The notes beneath the pieces were generated by a model. The model was given only the letters and a program-made list of their open reading frames with translations, was not told the origin of the DNA and made no database searches. A DNA stretch of 64,000 nucleotides from an uncultured Methanosarcinaceae archaeon (GTDB lineage: Archaea; Halobacteriota; Methanosarcinia; Methanosarcinales; Methanosarcinaceae). The DNA lies in the NCBI GenBank assembly GCA_963833425.1, contig CAWHXP010000020.1, positions 63,388-127,387 of the forward strand. The letters run 5' to 3'. Numbering within the stretch: the stretch's first letter is position 1; the number at the start of each line of letters is the position of its first letter. A program made the position numbers and the translations under genes. Shown here one piece after another: positions 1 through 12,626 of this stretch.

Positions 1-1
1 T

Positions 2-781
2 TTGCTTTTTGCCTCAAATACAGGAAATGTAGTTGACCCTACTGCCCTTTCCCAAAAGGAGATTCTTTCCACATTATGGAAAGGATTTACGAAAAATATT
101 ATATTGTCTATACTTTTAATTCTTTCATTTTTCCTTTTTGAGATGTTCATACAGTCCTTTTTCACGGCAGGTGCAATAGCGATGGCTAAGAAGGCATCTG
201 AGACTGGAGATACTACCCTCTCCGACATGTTCATCGCAGGTTCGAGAAATGCTTTCAGTTTTTTTTTGACAAATTTGTTAATAACCCTTCTGGAGGTGGG
301 AGGAATCATATTTATGGTACCTGGAGTCCTCATAGTAGGAGATTTAAGTACGCTGATCGAAAATCCAATCGCTCAGATGCAGGGAATGGGAATAATTGCT
401 GCAAGCTTAACTTTATTGGGAACATATCTAATAGCCATAAGTATAGTGTTTTCACCTACCTTATATGCCCTTGTAATCGATGAACTTGACACTTTTGAAG
501 CTTTAGGCACAGGTTTTCACTTCTTTATGGAGAATAAAATGGATGTTTTCTTAATCTGGATAATCTTTACAGTGTTGGCTTTTATCAACGTTCTTGTAAG
601 TGAGTATACTGATCCTGGAAATAGTCTGATCTCAGGTTTTATATCCATCCTCCAGATAGTTATTCTACAACCTCTTAAAACTGTAATATGGACACATATT
701 TATGTAAGTAAAAAAGGACATAAACTTTATGATCCATCTCATTTGCTTTCCTATCCAGCTAAGGGGAAAGAAGATTTATAG
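2..781 (+). CDS. multi-pass membrane protein, hypothetical (5'-partial)
   Basis: Long ORF running off the window edge with about 5 hydrophobic segments. Confidence 0.75.
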   Translation: MLFASNTGNVVDPTALSQKEILSTLWKGFTKNIILSILLILSFFLFEMFIQSFFTAGAIAMAKKASETGDTTLSDMFIAGSRNAFSFFLTNLLITLLEVGGIIFMVPGVLIVGDLSTLIENPIAQMQGMGIIAASLTLLGTYLIAISIVFSPTLYALVIDELDTFEALGTGFHFFMENKMDVFLIWIIFTVLAFINVLVSEYTDPGNSLISGFISILQIVILQPLKTVIWTHIYVSKKGHKLYDPSHLLSYPAKGKEDL

Positions 782-913
782 TACTTGAATATGTGTCTAT
801 TAAGCAGTAGATAAATCACCGAGTTCACAAAATTTGTTATATACTCCTAATAAAAACAACCAGCCAAAAATTTGGAATTATCGAAACGCTCGGTTCTATT
901 TTTATATTCGCTC

Positions 914-1822
914 TTAAGCTCGGCCTAACAGTTTGCAGGTCTGGCATATATCTTTAGTACAGGTTTCTCCACATATTCTACATTTTTCTATTTTTGTAAG
1001 GGAAAATTCTTTTGTAAGGGATCCTACAAGTTTGTCAAAACCTCGGAGCAGAGAATATTTGGTTCCCGGATGTCTTATCTCAAAATTATTCAGCATCTCC
1101 CTCACTTCTTCTCGTAGGGCTTCATCTGCATACTTACATTCGCTGAGGTCAACTGGGAGAGAATTTACGAGAGCATAGAGAGCTACTTCTTTTTCAGGAA
1201 TATTTCTTAGTGGTTTCGCCCTCAATACTAGGCCTTCTATAGCCGCAGGCGGAGCAAGCCTGATCATACGTTTTACATCTCCCCTTAAGTGGTTGAGTAG
1301 GATAGTCTGGGCTTCATCATCTAGGTTGTGGCCAGTGACTAACTTTGTTGCTCCAATTTCAAGAGCTATCCTATTGAGAATATTTTTTCGAAGGACGCCA
1401 CAGTAACTACATGTGCCTTTTGTTCTGTCAGTTAAAGCCAATTCGTCCATAGTTACTCCGTGTGTTTCTTTGAAAGATCTAATGATATGTCGGATCTCAA
1501 GTTTTTCTGCGAGATTCTTCGCAATTTCGAGGGAATTATGACGGTACCCCCATATTCCTTCGTCGACTGAGATCGCCACAATTTTAATGTCGAGTCTATC
1601 TCCTAGAATTTTGTGCATCACATAAAGGGCAACTGAACTGTCCTTACCTCCACTCAAAGCGACTGCTATTATGTCATTTTTCCGGATGCTATACTCTTTC
1701 CTAATTGTCAGCTTGATCTTTCTCTCAACATCCTCTACAAAGTGTTTCTTGCATAGGTGCATTCCGGAGTATTTCTGAAAAATAATAGATTCATGATTAC
1801 ATTTTTTGCATTTGATTGTCAT
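914..1822 (-). CDS. ncsA: tRNA 2-thiolation protein (TtuA/NcsA, PP-loop ATPase)
   Basis: N-terminal CKKC...CKKHF zinc finger, SGGKDS PP-loop, CSYC, GHNLDD, C-terminal CRIC...CQTC. Confidence 0.9.
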   Translation of the reverse strand: MTIKCKKCNHESIIFQKYSGMHLCKKHFVEDVERKIKLTIRKEYSIRKNDIIAVALSGGKDSSVALYVMHKILGDRLDIKIVAISVDEGIWGYRHNSLEIAKNLAEKLEIRHIIRSFKETHGVTMDELALTDRTKGTCSYCGVLRKNILNRIALEIGATKLVTGHNLDDEAQTILLNHLRGDVKRMIRLAPPAAIEGLVLRAKPLRNIPEKEVALYALVNSLPVDLSECKYADEALREEVREMLNNFEIRHPGTKYSLLRGFDKLVGSLTKEFSLTKIEKCRICGETCTKDICQTCKLLGRA

Positions 1823-2437
1823 TTAAAATCCTTTTTCTACCGATTTCCTGAAAATTACTTGAAAAAACGAAACTCACAAAATCTGACAATATGAATATTT
1901 GTGGGAATAAGTTGGTTAATAAATACTCAATATTATTAGTTGTATGTATAATTAGAGGATTGCTACAACCCTTTTATTTTCACAAATTTACATGTACCAA
2001 TAATTAGCATATGACAAAATTAAAGGATTTGTCGAAAACCTAAATAGTTTTTGTACCAGCTTTGTTCCAAATTTTGTGCCAGGTTTTTTTCTAGGAAAGG
2101 AGCTATTTTTATATATCTTTTGTTACTTGTTCAATATTCTAAATCTCATAGTTCCTAAACCATTTTTACAAATCATATTTATCATCAATTAATTATTTAA
2201 CGCAGCGAAATAATGTGCAAGGTCAATGAAGAGTTGATGAAAGATCTAAACGTTTACAAAATTGAGATGAACGAATTATAGGATTGAAAAAAAGTTTAAT
2301 TTTTAAAAATAGATAAACCCAATATAGTCTTAATAGTTTTAGACAAAGAAGGGATTTTAAAACTCGATTTTTTAAAATTATATGTTATTATCTTGATATT
2401 TCAATGTGATATTTCTAAATTACCCAAACTTACCTGT

Positions 2438-2528
2438 AGAGGGTTTCGATAAACCTCTGATTCTCATTAGTTATTTATATCCAGTTTATACGCACATGAT
2501 TAAATTTAAGGGTTTATCGGAATCCTCT
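2438..2528. mobile_element. ~91-bp MITE with AGAGGrTTTCGATAAACC terminal inverted repeats
   Basis: Imperfect terminal inverted repeats; related copies at 14362, 16415 and 23222 (partial). Confidence 0.7.
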
Positions 2529-2837
2529 GTAATGTAATTTTCAGTACTGCGTTCTCGAGGGTTATGAAAAATTTATTTCGTTTGCCCGACTCAATCATTC
2601 ACACATGACGAAAAATACGATATTGTCTCATACCCTTGCTGCCTGCTACATATTACGAGTTAATATTACTATAGTATAATCTTTGTTAAGGTCCTTTATA
2701 AATTCTGCAATCTTTGAAGTGGGTACAGGATCAGGAGCAGCTGCAGGATGCATCTAAAAAAGAGTGGGACCACAACATTTTAAAAAATTCGATGAGTATA
2801 CTTGATATGCTATTTCCAACAACTATTGGCAAGACCC

Positions 2838-3557
2838 TCAAACGTTATCTCTCGAACCTCTCCATGTAGGTATATTTCCATCTATGCATTCGATTTCTCC
2901 CTTTTCTGTAAGATAATCCAGGATTTCTAGGAGCTCTTTTTTTTTGATATCTAGATCGTATCTGGCCTTAAACTCGGATATAATGTGTAGAATATCCAAG
3001 GTCCTGTTCAAGATGATCTTTTCTATAAATCCAGCAATATCTTCATACCGAGCCCACGGATATATGATCCATCGCCATTTGATAATTTTTTGGGCATAAA
3101 AGTCAGGCACATAAGTAGAACAGGTCTTGTGCTGGAGCACTGCAGTCCTTACCTCAGAGGGCTTAAGACTCCATATATAGTTCACAGCAAGGTTGAGTGT
3201 ATCACCAGTATCAGTCAAATCATCAACAATCAGCATTTTTTTCCCAGTTATATCCACAGAAATAGGGAGCCGAATATTTGACTCTGGTCGCATGTCTGAA
3301 GCTCTTGCATAATGCTCAATCCTCATTGAAATAAGGTTATTGAAAAGCAATAAATCTGAAATCAGCCTCCCAGGAACATAGCCTCCTCTACCGATGGCTA
3401 CAATTATATCAGGAGTATAACCCGATCCTCTGATTTTTCGGGAAAGAATTTTGGAAAGCTTTAATACATAATTAAAGCTTATAGCTTCGCACCTTAAAAA
3501 GTTTTTATATTCCAGAGAGCAACTGGGATGCTGTAGTTGGCTATTTTTTTCTTGCAT
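2838..3557 (-). CDS. purine phosphoribosyltransferase (type I PRT)
   Basis: IVAIGRGG and LIVDDLTDTGDT PRPP-binding motif, WIIYPW; GGAGGTGA RBS before the ATG at 3557. Confidence 0.88.
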   Translation of the reverse strand: MQEKNSQLQHPSCSLEYKNFLRCEAISFNYVLKLSKILSRKIRGSGYTPDIIVAIGRGGYVPGRLISDLLLFNNLISMRIEHYARASDMRPESNIRLPISVDITGKKMLIVDDLTDTGDTLNLAVNYIWSLKPSEVRTAVLQHKTCSTYVPDFYAQKIIKWRWIIYPWARYEDIAGFIEKIILNRTLDILHIISEFKARYDLDIKKKELLEILDYLTEKGEIECIDGNIPTWRGSRDNV

Positions 3558-4214
3558 AAAATAAATCACCTCCTGCCTATTGTCTTGTAGGTAGTATATA
3601 ATACAAATTTATGGATGATGCGAATTAGTAGTGCGTTAAAAACATAAGAACAATTAACTTGGTACTTCAAAATCTCTCATATATCTTACTTCTTCAGCTC
3701 ATGAATATAAGGCATTTTGTTCTGCTTAATTTTCTGTCTTTTTCTCTTATCAGTACAGCCCTCTGCGAGAAAATTGATATATGGTATATGTTAAATATTT
3801 TATATAAAGATAATACTAAAAACCTTACATTAAAGTCGAAAAATCGCTACACTTTGTATTCAAAGTAGTGAATGAAAATCTTTAACCCGTGAAAAATGGG
3901 AACTGCTTAAAAAAAGTTTTTTTAGATTTCAAATGGAATGGTTACTTTAAGCAATAAACTGAACGAAAAAACATTTAATGCCTGTACTAAATAACATAGG
4001 CAATGCATAATTATTTTGGAATAATTTCCATGGCAGTTTCCTAATTTTGTGCCAATATCTATGAACAACAAACATCAAGCCTTTGTTTCGGGAAGAGTTC
4101 ATCAACTCAAATTATTTGAATCAATAGCTTCAATATCATAGTAGCAATATAGAAGGCTACAGAGAGTACTCAAAAACAGAAATTTAATGAAAGCTCACTA
4201 AGGAGAACATTTTT

Positions 4215-4682
4215 ATGTCAATAATAAACACATCACAAGGAGTGGGTGGTATCCTGAACATTTTTAGAGATCTTGCAGAAGGAGCGGAAAAAATCACTTT
4301 TGTAGGAACTCCGGGTTTTTGCACTCCCTTTGCTGAACTTCTAAGTTTCGTAGTTCGAGACAGAAAGCTTGCCTTCATCCCGAGTCTAGACTTTGAGAAA
4401 GCTAGATCAATCCATATGACTCCTGAAGGTATGCAGCTCGGAGAATCCACAGATGCACATGCAGACGTAATCGTCCTTCTAGGTGGGCTTGCAATGCCGA
4501 AAACCGGGATAAATCCTGAAAAAGCGAAGGTAATTGTCAGAAAGGTTCTCGAAAATTCGGGAAAAAAAAGAATTATAGGATTATGTTTTCATTCTATGTT
4601 CATGCAGCAGAATTGGGATAAGATGATCGACTTTGATTATATCATCAACGCTGATCTGGCTGTTGAAGTGACGGATATCTAA
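4215..4682 (+). CDS. DUF2124 family methanogen protein
   Basis: ITFVGTPGFCTPFAELL, VLLGGLAMP and GLCF motifs; AGGAG RBS. Confidence 0.75.
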   Translation: MSIINTSQGVGGILNIFRDLAEGAEKITFVGTPGFCTPFAELLSFVVRDRKLAFIPSLDFEKARSIHMTPEGMQLGESTDAHADVIVLLGGLAMPKTGINPEKAKVIVRKVLENSGKKRIIGLCFHSMFMQQNWDKMIDFDYIINADLAVEVTDI

Positions 4683-5706
4683 AATTTCATGCGATTCCTT
4701 CCTTTCTACCGATAAATAACACGGATAAAAACAATTTTTTATATTCAAAATCCAATTGATCCTTAATGTCATCATATGGTTTTGATCCTGTATCCGTGGA
4801 AATAATTTGCAAATGATGCTAAAAAGTAGTATATGAAAAATGAAACGGATAATCGGAAAATTCCTGTTCATCCTCCGACCTGAAGTTCCATATGCTCAGC
4901 TTAAGCCAGCTAGGATCTATTAATCCAGTTATTTTTTGAGGAACCTGCAGTTTAACAACTATCATAATGTTCATTATTAGGAGTACTTCTACATTTTTTG
5001 ACAGGTACCTTCTTTTCCAAAACTCTATTTTCTGCTTTCTTTGTTTAATTCTCTTTGATCTCTACAAAAGTTAAAATTCTGGCTGTAAAGCCCTATTTAG
5101 GTGTATTACAACATAACTTTATTTTGAAAGTTTATTGTTTTCGTTGAGATTCTTAGAACCTATGTACCTGAGAAGAAAAAAAAAAACCATGAGTGGAGAT
5201 TCCTAAATATTTTTATTTTGATTTTCCTAAATTTTATACTATCGATTTCATCATTTCAGCTGCGTATTAATCCTATTTACTTTTAAGCTTAATAAGGCAA
5301 TGTATCAAAAATTTTGTAAAATCTGATTGACTCTGTATCCTTTTTCTTTCACCACAAAAAAGGTCCAAAGTCAATGGATTATGTATTCAAAATGCGACTA
5401 TTTTTGTGTAAAATCACAAATATTAGTAAATTATAAAGGAGGAAATCACATATTGGAATAATCCACCTTCATAGAATGTGCAAATATTTGACATGAATTT
5501 ATAGTAAATTCATGACAATGCCAAAAATGTAGAGGGATATCTCTACGAAATAGAATTTGGTATCAACAGGACTTACGCAGTAGAACTGAAAAATCAATAA
5601 CATTAAATCTTTAATAGTTTTAAAATGAAAAATTTAAATTAATTGTTTATTGTGTTTAATTTTGTACTTCAAGCACCCAAGTCCTGAGACGATATGGAGT
5701 TTAAAA

Positions 5707-6862
5707 ATGGATATCTTAAAAAAACAAAGGGAAAAATATGCATATTGCGGACAATGCCTTGAAGTCTGCCCTCGATATAATGATCCCAAATTGATTGAAA
5801 AACTCTGCATGTATTTAGAAGGAAACTCAGACATTAATTTTGACTCTCTTCTTCGCTTTCTGACCTGTGGGCTTTGCACCTGCGCCTGTCCTGAAGAACT
5901 TGGGATCAAGCCACTTATTTCTCATGCCCGAAGAAGTGAATAAATGAAAACGGTCTTGTGGACCGGTAGACCATAGCGGACTCGGATGCTCAAAATAACG
6001 TTTTCAAAAAAATAGCTGAAATGAGTGAGATCCCAGTATATAAATATAGTATCGGTTCTGTAGTTTATTTCCCAGGTTGCGCAGATACCTGTATCAATAC
6101 AAACATTTAGAAAGCTACAGTAGCTTTTTTGGAGAAAGCAAGGGTAGATTACACTGTTTTGAGTGGAATTGAGTACTGTTGTGGAGCTGTATCTAAGGTG
6201 CTGGTGATCTAGTCCGATCCACAAGAACGGGCAGCTAAATGTTGAAGAAGTCCGAAAAAGAGGAGCAAAAATACTTATAACTGCCTGTCCAGGATGTTTC
6301 AAAGCTTTTAAGGATATATATCCAAGGCTGTTTGGAAAATTTGATTTTCAGGTCATGCAAGTTTCCCAGTATCTAGAACTTCTGTTAAGAAATGGCAAAC
6401 TTAGTCCAGAGGCTACTCTTATCACAAAGTTTTTTATCATGATCCCTGCCACTTGACTAGGGGAATTAGAGTCTATCAGGAAGCAAGAAATGTGCTGAAA
6501 AAATTAAGGGAACAGAACTTGCAAATAAAACTCCTAAAAATTCGTCATGTTGCGGTTTTGGAGGTGGAGTGAGGATTAACTATCCTTATGAATCCCTTTC
6601 CATGGCATCGGACAGATTCAGAGCTGCAGAAAAGCTGGGATGTGATGCAATCATCACGAATTGCGGGGGTTGTATGCAAAACCTCATTGAGGCTGGAAAA
6701 AATGAGAAAATAATAATCTTTGACCTTACTGAGTATCTTTCCCTTGCTTGCGGAATAAGAATCAAGCGTGGAAATAAAAATATTTTTGAGCTGGTCAACA
6801 GGGCTTATATGCTTTGTATTTCAGGCTACTGTGTTGCTAGTATTGAATTAGATACTTTATGA
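5707..6862 (+). pseudogene. Fe-S oxidoreductase (4Fe-4S dicluster plus CCG domains, HdrD/GlpC-like), disrupted
   Basis: Degenerate ferredoxin motifs (YAYCGQCLEVCP, FLTCGLCTCACP) plus YFPGC, YCCG, TACPGC, YHDPCHL, CCGFGGG and NCGGC motifs spread across several frames. Loss of Cys residues suggests real decay. Confidence 0.8.
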
Positions 6863-8072
6863 CCAGGACATTTTTGTTTTTCTGGAAAATCATAACTCAG
6901 CTGAAATAACAATATATATTTTTATAGTTCCATGAAATCTTAGGTTTTGGGTATGAGCTATTTAAAACTATAACCACACAAATTTCGATTTTTCGATAGC
7001 TTGCATAATTTTATGTAAAATTTGCTTTATCCCACCTTTAATCCTCTTTTTTGATTACTGCTCATTACAATAGATGTATGGGACCTATGAACTTGAGGTA
7101 CAAAATCAAGTACAATAAACACTTATGTTTTAATTTGAATCTTAGATAATTGAAGGTTTAATGCTATTGATTTTCGAATTCAACCAAGTAAATCCATATT
7201 AGTTCTCAGGTTCTCTATTGCAAGCTTAATATGTGGCTAGACTAATTATGGTCGACTTACGCATTAATTACATTTTGAAAAATAAATTTTAGTTGTAAAC
7301 ATAATTATTGACGCTTAAATTGCTCGAAATTCTATAACCACAGAAAAAAAATGAATTTATATAAAAAGATCATCTGATACTCTTTCTTGTTAGTCGGGTT
7401 TTCCGTAGTCCAACTCTGCATTTAAGTTTAGTAGAAAAAAGGTATGTACTTTAAGATGTCAGAAAAACACCAAATCGGATCAATTATCAAATTTTACTTC
7501 AGGCTTATTTCTCGCATTAACCTTTTCATTTGAGTTTGTCTTTATCTAGGTTCTCGTCACCCCAAAGCCTTTTCAAAATTATTTATTCACATATATACCA
7601 GTTATTCCTAACTTTTTTGACCACTTAATTTTCATTAAAATATAAAATAACCACCTTGGTTATTTTCAATTAATTATGCGAAAAATAATTTCTGGATAAA
7701 AATTACTTCTTCATAAAATGTTTTAAAATCAGAAAACAATTTGATATTAATTCGGTATATTTTACTTCAAAATATTTTCATAAATTTAATCTTTTTCCTT
7801 TTCCCAAAAAACACAGATTAATTTTATATGATTTCGTTTTTGTAGTGCACAATTAGCTGATTGATATTTTCATCATAGAATAAATTTTGTTCAAATGTAC
7901 CCGTTTTCTAAGCTTCTCTGCATACAGAGAACCAAAACTTTCATTGTTTGGGAAATGAGATTAGAGCGCAAGTATGTGACTTTTCTGGATAAACATCAAC
8001 TCATTATTGATGGAACAGCATAAATAATCAATGAATGAAATTAAGGAAACTGTGCATAAAAAATAATTATTT

Positions 8073-8303
8073 TTAGCCATCGTTTCCTATTGCGTCAACA
8101 GGACAGTTTTCTAGTGCCTCTTCACAAGCTTTTTTTTCCTCGTCGTTTTCAGGCTGCTTATATACGTAGGAATTTGAATTTTCGTCATTCATTTTGAAAT
8201 TCGTTGGTGCAGTATCCACGCATAACTGACACGCGATACATTCATAATCACAATAATAAGGTCCAGGAACATTTTCAGCAGCTTTATCTGATTTATCAGC
8301 TAT
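8073..8303 (-). CDS. single-cluster ferredoxin, 76 aa, ATA start (missed by ORF track)
   Basis: ADKSDKAAENVPGPYYCDYECIACQLCVDTAP...CEEALENCPVDAIGNDG; GGAGGAG RBS upstream. Confidence 0.85.
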   Translation of the reverse strand: MADKSDKAAENVPGPYYCDYECIACQLCVDTAPTNFKMNDENSNSYVYKQPENDEEKKACEEALENCPVDAIGNDG

Positions 8304-8717
8304 ATTTCACTCCTCCGACTGAATTTATCTTACAAGAAGAATACTTAAGAGGAATTCTATATATAATTTAACATTTAAAATAATTTTTCATCTTGAAAAT
8401 TCTTCCGTCTATCTAAATTTACACATTTGTGGTACAAAAATTATGTACAATTGACTTTAGAGCTAAACTTGTGTTTCAGACAATTTAAGGCTCTAATGCT
8501 ACTGATTTAATTTCAACCATATAAGTCCTGTACATAATTATGATCTTGAGCTTATCTCAACTTTGTTGTTAATAACTAACTCTATCTTTTCTATATAGTT
8601 GAAATCAAATAGTTCCCAAATAAAAAAATTCCATGAGCTCTTTATGCTCCAGGAGTCCCAAGAGCTCCAGGAGTCATAGATCAGCAATATTTTCTTATTT
8701 CGTATGGAACTTAGGGA

Positions 8718-8752
8718 ATTCAGAAATTTTAACACAAAAGAAAATTATGCAT
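8718..8752 (-). repeat. degenerate copy of the 31-bp recombination-site-like palindrome
   Basis: ATTCAGAAATTT-TAACACA-(AAAG)AAAATTATGCAT; its flanks are homologous to those of the 52165 and 52824 copies. Confidence 0.6.
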
Positions 8753-8773
8753 CGGATATTAGTTGATACTTGT

Positions 8774-11614
8774 CTATTTTTCTGTTAATGTGAATCTCAT
8801 CGCGAATTTCACCCCATTGTCCCTTCTCAGGTCAAATTTCCCATTTAATTGGTCTACGAGGGTAGCTACTAGCTGAAATCCAAGACTATTAAGGTCTTCA
8901 ATTTCAAAATTATCAGGAATACCAACACCGTTGTCTATGACCTCTAGGGTAAAACCAGTGCTTTTAAAGCTATCTTTTTTGTTTTCGTCTCTGTGAAGTT
9001 TGATTTGAATTTCTCCCTTAGCGTTGCTGGGAAATGCATGTTTGAGAGAGTTGGAAACGAGTTCATTAATAATCATTCCTAATGGGATAGCAGTATCCAT
9101 ATCAAAGAAAAGGCTCTCTTCCAGATCCAGGTTTAAACTGACATCGATATTTCCAAGTCTATATATCTGATAAAGGTTATCAACAAGCTTCTTAAGGTAT
9201 GATGTGAAACTCACTGTGTCTCCCTTTTTGCCTTCATGTAGTTCCTCATGAATGAGAGCCATAGATGTCACTCTGTATTGGCTTTCCCTGAAGGCTTCTA
9301 GGACTTCGTAGTCCTTTATACTCTTTCGGTCTCTGAACTTTTCAGCTTGGAGGTCAAGGAGAGAAGAGATAACCTGAAGATTATTCTTGATTCTATGGTG
9401 AATCTCCTTTTTGCGAGCTTTCTGAATATTTGCCAAAGCTTCTTCAGTTTTTTTACGGTTTGTAATATCCTGGACTGTCCCTTCCATTTGAATAGGAATA
9501 TTTTTTCCATCAAAAATAACTTCACCTTTCTCATTGACCACACGTTCTTCTCCATTAGCTAAAATAATCCTATGATCGATGTTATAGGGCTTTCCTTTTA
9601 AAGCTATTTTAACGGCATTATCTACATAGCCTCGGTCATCTGGATGCACATAGCTTAAAAATGCGTCGTAAGTTGCGCCGAATTCTTGAGGAGTGCGCCC
9701 AAAAATACGATAAATTTCATCGGACCAATATAATTCATTTGTTACAATATTCCAATTCCAATTTCCAAGGTGAGCTATTCTTTGAGCTTCAGAAAGACCT
9801 TTCTCACTTTTTTTCAATGATGTATAAGCTTCTTCAAGTTCATTTGTACGTTCTTTAACTTTTTCTTCTAAATTGTCGTATGCCCTTTTTATAGTTTCTT
9901 CAGCTTTTTTGCGCGCAGTAATATCACGTGCTGCAGCAAAAGCACCAATAATCTCACCAGATTCATCCTTATATACTGAAGCATTGAATAAAACAGGTGT
10001 TAAGCTTCCGTTTATATGTCGGATTTCAAGCTCATAGTTAAACACTGCTCCTTTTTTGAAAATTTGTTGATACCCTTCTTTCGCTTTTTTAAGATCAGTG
10101 AAATAATTCGTAAAATCGGTGCCAATGAGTTCTCTCCGTGAATATCCAGTAACTTGTTCTGTGGCTTCATTTACATCGGTTATTTCCCCATCACGCCCAA
10201 TGGTTACTAAAGGATCCAAGCTAGATTCAATCAAACTACGATTGTAAATATTTGACAACCTAACAATTTCTTCTGCTTTTTTGCGCTCAGTGATATCTTG
10301 GACATGAGCGATCGTATAGATCGGGCAGCCTTTAGCATCGCGTACTGGGGACGAACTAACTTCGCACCATATAATTTGTCCTTTCTTATTGATATACCGC
10401 TTCTCAATCCACAACAACTGCTTATCCTGATCAATAACTGCCTTGTGAGCCGAAAAGCTTGGATGCGTGTCCTCAGGATGGGTAAACTCAAGAAATGAAC
10501 GGCCTATAATTTCATCGTCTTTGAATCCAAGCAATTTACAGAGAGCATCATTAGACCTCAAAAATCGACCAGCTGGAGAAACTAATGCCATACCGACTGC
10601 ACTTTCATCAAAAGCTGAACGGAATCTTTCCTCGCTCTCCCGTAACGCCTTTTCAGCTTGAGTGCATTCATTGATATCACGAGCAACATGGATACATCCA
10701 GTGAGTTTTCCTTCAGAATCATATAGTGGCGAGACACTTACTATGAAATAGCCCCCCAGTGCTTCCTCGTGAACTTTCTTAACATGCTCAAGCTTGTCCT
10801 TAAGCAATCGCCTATATGGACAAAAAGATGGGGGGTAATCAATCCCATGTACAATATGATAACAGGTTAACCCTATACACTCTTCTTGTATCAGCCCTAA
10901 TCTTGTCGCCATTGCCTTGTTTACACGAACAAATCGATATTTATCGTCGAGTATGGCTATAAGGTCTGGGATAGCATCAAAGGTAAGTTCACACTCTTTT
11001 ATTGATCTAAAAGCTGCTTCTTCAGCTTTCTTCCACCATAAATTATCTATGTGGCCCCATTTTCCTTCCTTTTTGATCAAAGAAAATTGATGGATGGAGG
11101 CTACTTCAATAATCTCGGATGCCTTGCATCTATCAAGGGGATAGTTACAACAAATTATCCTCTGTTTATCGGTGGCTAGGTCTATTTTTTTACCATATTC
11201 AATGAAATCATTCCAATATTTATCCCCTATCCAAAAAGCGTTTATGCTCAACCTCAAGCCATCGTATCCACGAGCTAGGATCTGGTCGATTCTCTCAAAC
11301 CAATCGTTCCAGATTTTCTTAGGATCTAAAACATCATTTTTTATATGAGTGTAAGAAATAATTTCTATTTGTCTATTTTCCAGATAAGTATCAAAATCAG
11401 GAATAGTTCTTCTCAGGACTCTTTTTGCCTCTTCTACATCTGAAGGTTCTGATGTGATCCACATACAAAACTCGTTATTTTCCAGTCCTTCTTTGAAGTA
11501 GGGAACCAAGTTATCCATCAAATCTTCTTTTGTCTGGTAAAATTGGCAGAAGTGAGTTCCCCATGGCACATTTCCAATGATTTCAATACCAGAATTTATT
11601 AAGTTTTCCTTCAT
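8774..11614 (-). CDS. sensor histidine kinase (MEDS, multiple PAS/PAC, HisKA_2, HATPase)
   Basis: GTHFCQFYQTKEDL (MEDS), repeated DITERKKAEE PAC ends, EIHHRIKNNLQ H-box, ELVSNSLKHAF, DNGVG. Confidence 0.95.
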   Translation of the reverse strand: MKENLINSGIEIIGNVPWGTHFCQFYQTKEDLMDNLVPYFKEGLENNEFCMWITSEPSDVEEAKRVLRRTIPDFDTYLENRQIEIISYTHIKNDVLDPKKIWNDWFERIDQILARGYDGLRLSINAFWIGDKYWNDFIEYGKKIDLATDKQRIICCNYPLDRCKASEIIEVASIHQFSLIKKEGKWGHIDNLWWKKAEEAAFRSIKECELTFDAIPDLIAILDDKYRFVRVNKAMATRLGLIQEECIGLTCYHIVHGIDYPPSFCPYRRLLKDKLEHVKKVHEEALGGYFIVSVSPLYDSEGKLTGCIHVARDINECTQAEKALRESEERFRSAFDESAVGMALVSPAGRFLRSNDALCKLLGFKDDEIIGRSFLEFTHPEDTHPSFSAHKAVIDQDKQLLWIEKRYINKKGQIIWCEVSSSPVRDAKGCPIYTIAHVQDITERKKAEEIVRLSNIYNRSLIESSLDPLVTIGRDGEITDVNEATEQVTGYSRRELIGTDFTNYFTDLKKAKEGYQQIFKKGAVFNYELEIRHINGSLTPVLFNASVYKDESGEIIGAFAAARDITARKKAEETIKRAYDNLEEKVKERTNELEEAYTSLKKSEKGLSEAQRIAHLGNWNWNIVTNELYWSDEIYRIFGRTPQEFGATYDAFLSYVHPDDRGYVDNAVKIALKGKPYNIDHRIILANGEERVVNEKGEVIFDGKNIPIQMEGTVQDITNRKKTEEALANIQKARKKEIHHRIKNNLQVISSLLDLQAEKFRDRKSIKDYEVLEAFRESQYRVTSMALIHEELHEGKKGDTVSFTSYLKKLVDNLYQIYRLGNIDVSLNLDLEESLFFDMDTAIPLGMIINELVSNSLKHAFPSNAKGEIQIKLHRDENKKDSFKSTGFTLEVIDNGVGIPDNFEIEDLNSLGFQLVATLVDQLNGKFDLRRDNGVKFAMRFTLTEK

Positions 11615-12626
11615 TCAGCATTTTCTCCAATTAACGTTAAATTGACTACTAAATCTTGAAAATCATCTTTTGAATTTGCTCAGCAAACTTAGAATATAAC
11701 CTAATATATAAATATTTTTATTCAAACCATATGATGCCAAATAATAATTCTCATCAGCCTTTAAACTCTTGAATTTGATAATTAGTGATGTTGGTTGCTT
11801 CTTTAGGGAAAGACACAGTGTTAAATTTATGAAGGCCCAAAAAAATAACATAAACATAATTAATATATAATTATTATTTGATTTTAAAACATTTCATGAA
11901 CAATAAGTTTTACTCAGAAACGGTTATTTTTATAATTAATTTAAAATAAATAGTGGGTAATTTAATATTGTAGCTTAAATTCAATAGATAAAGAATGAGG
12001 AATGGCCGGTCGGGTCCATGAGCTTTGGAGTAATTGTAGAAGATTTAGATATCCCTTAACCATACCGATCTTTGCAGATCAGAGAGAATTATAAACTTGC
12101 ATGAAACTTTTTTAGTTTTCGATCTATCTTTAGACTATCTTTTTCTTAATTCAGCCATTCCACATCATGTAAAAATATACAACTTATGACCGAAAACTGG
12201 CGCATTAAAAGGAAAAATCAAACTGTTACTGCAATACATATGAGATAATCGATTTTCAAATATCATTAAGTTTATTTAGAATCCCACATGGAATTTATGC
12301 CTGTCAATAAAACTTCAAGAATCTGCTGACCAGCAGAATTCCCACGATGACAGGCCAGGACAGGACTTTCATTACATGTTGTCTTTTGTACTCATATCCG
12401 AAGATGTATCAATAGTAAAAAACTAAGTAGGCAGAGTTGTGATGCAATAAAAACTGTTTATTTTCTACGTTTATTCGAGTTAGTCATTTTCAGCTCTTAA
12501 ACAATCATTGTAATTCCCATCCAGTAGCACTTCTTGTCGTTGTATTCCTGTCCCGTACATTTCCACAGCTATACTGATCAGCGTTTCTATTCTAATCATG
12601 TTGTTAGCGTAATAGATATTCCATGG

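Noticed and set aside
2703..2805. FEVGTGSG methyltransferase-like fragment
   Set aside because: Too short and interrupted to call.
8419..8449. Further possible 31-bp site upstream of the ferredoxin
   Set aside because: Only one arm matches; not distinguishable from AT-rich background by eye.
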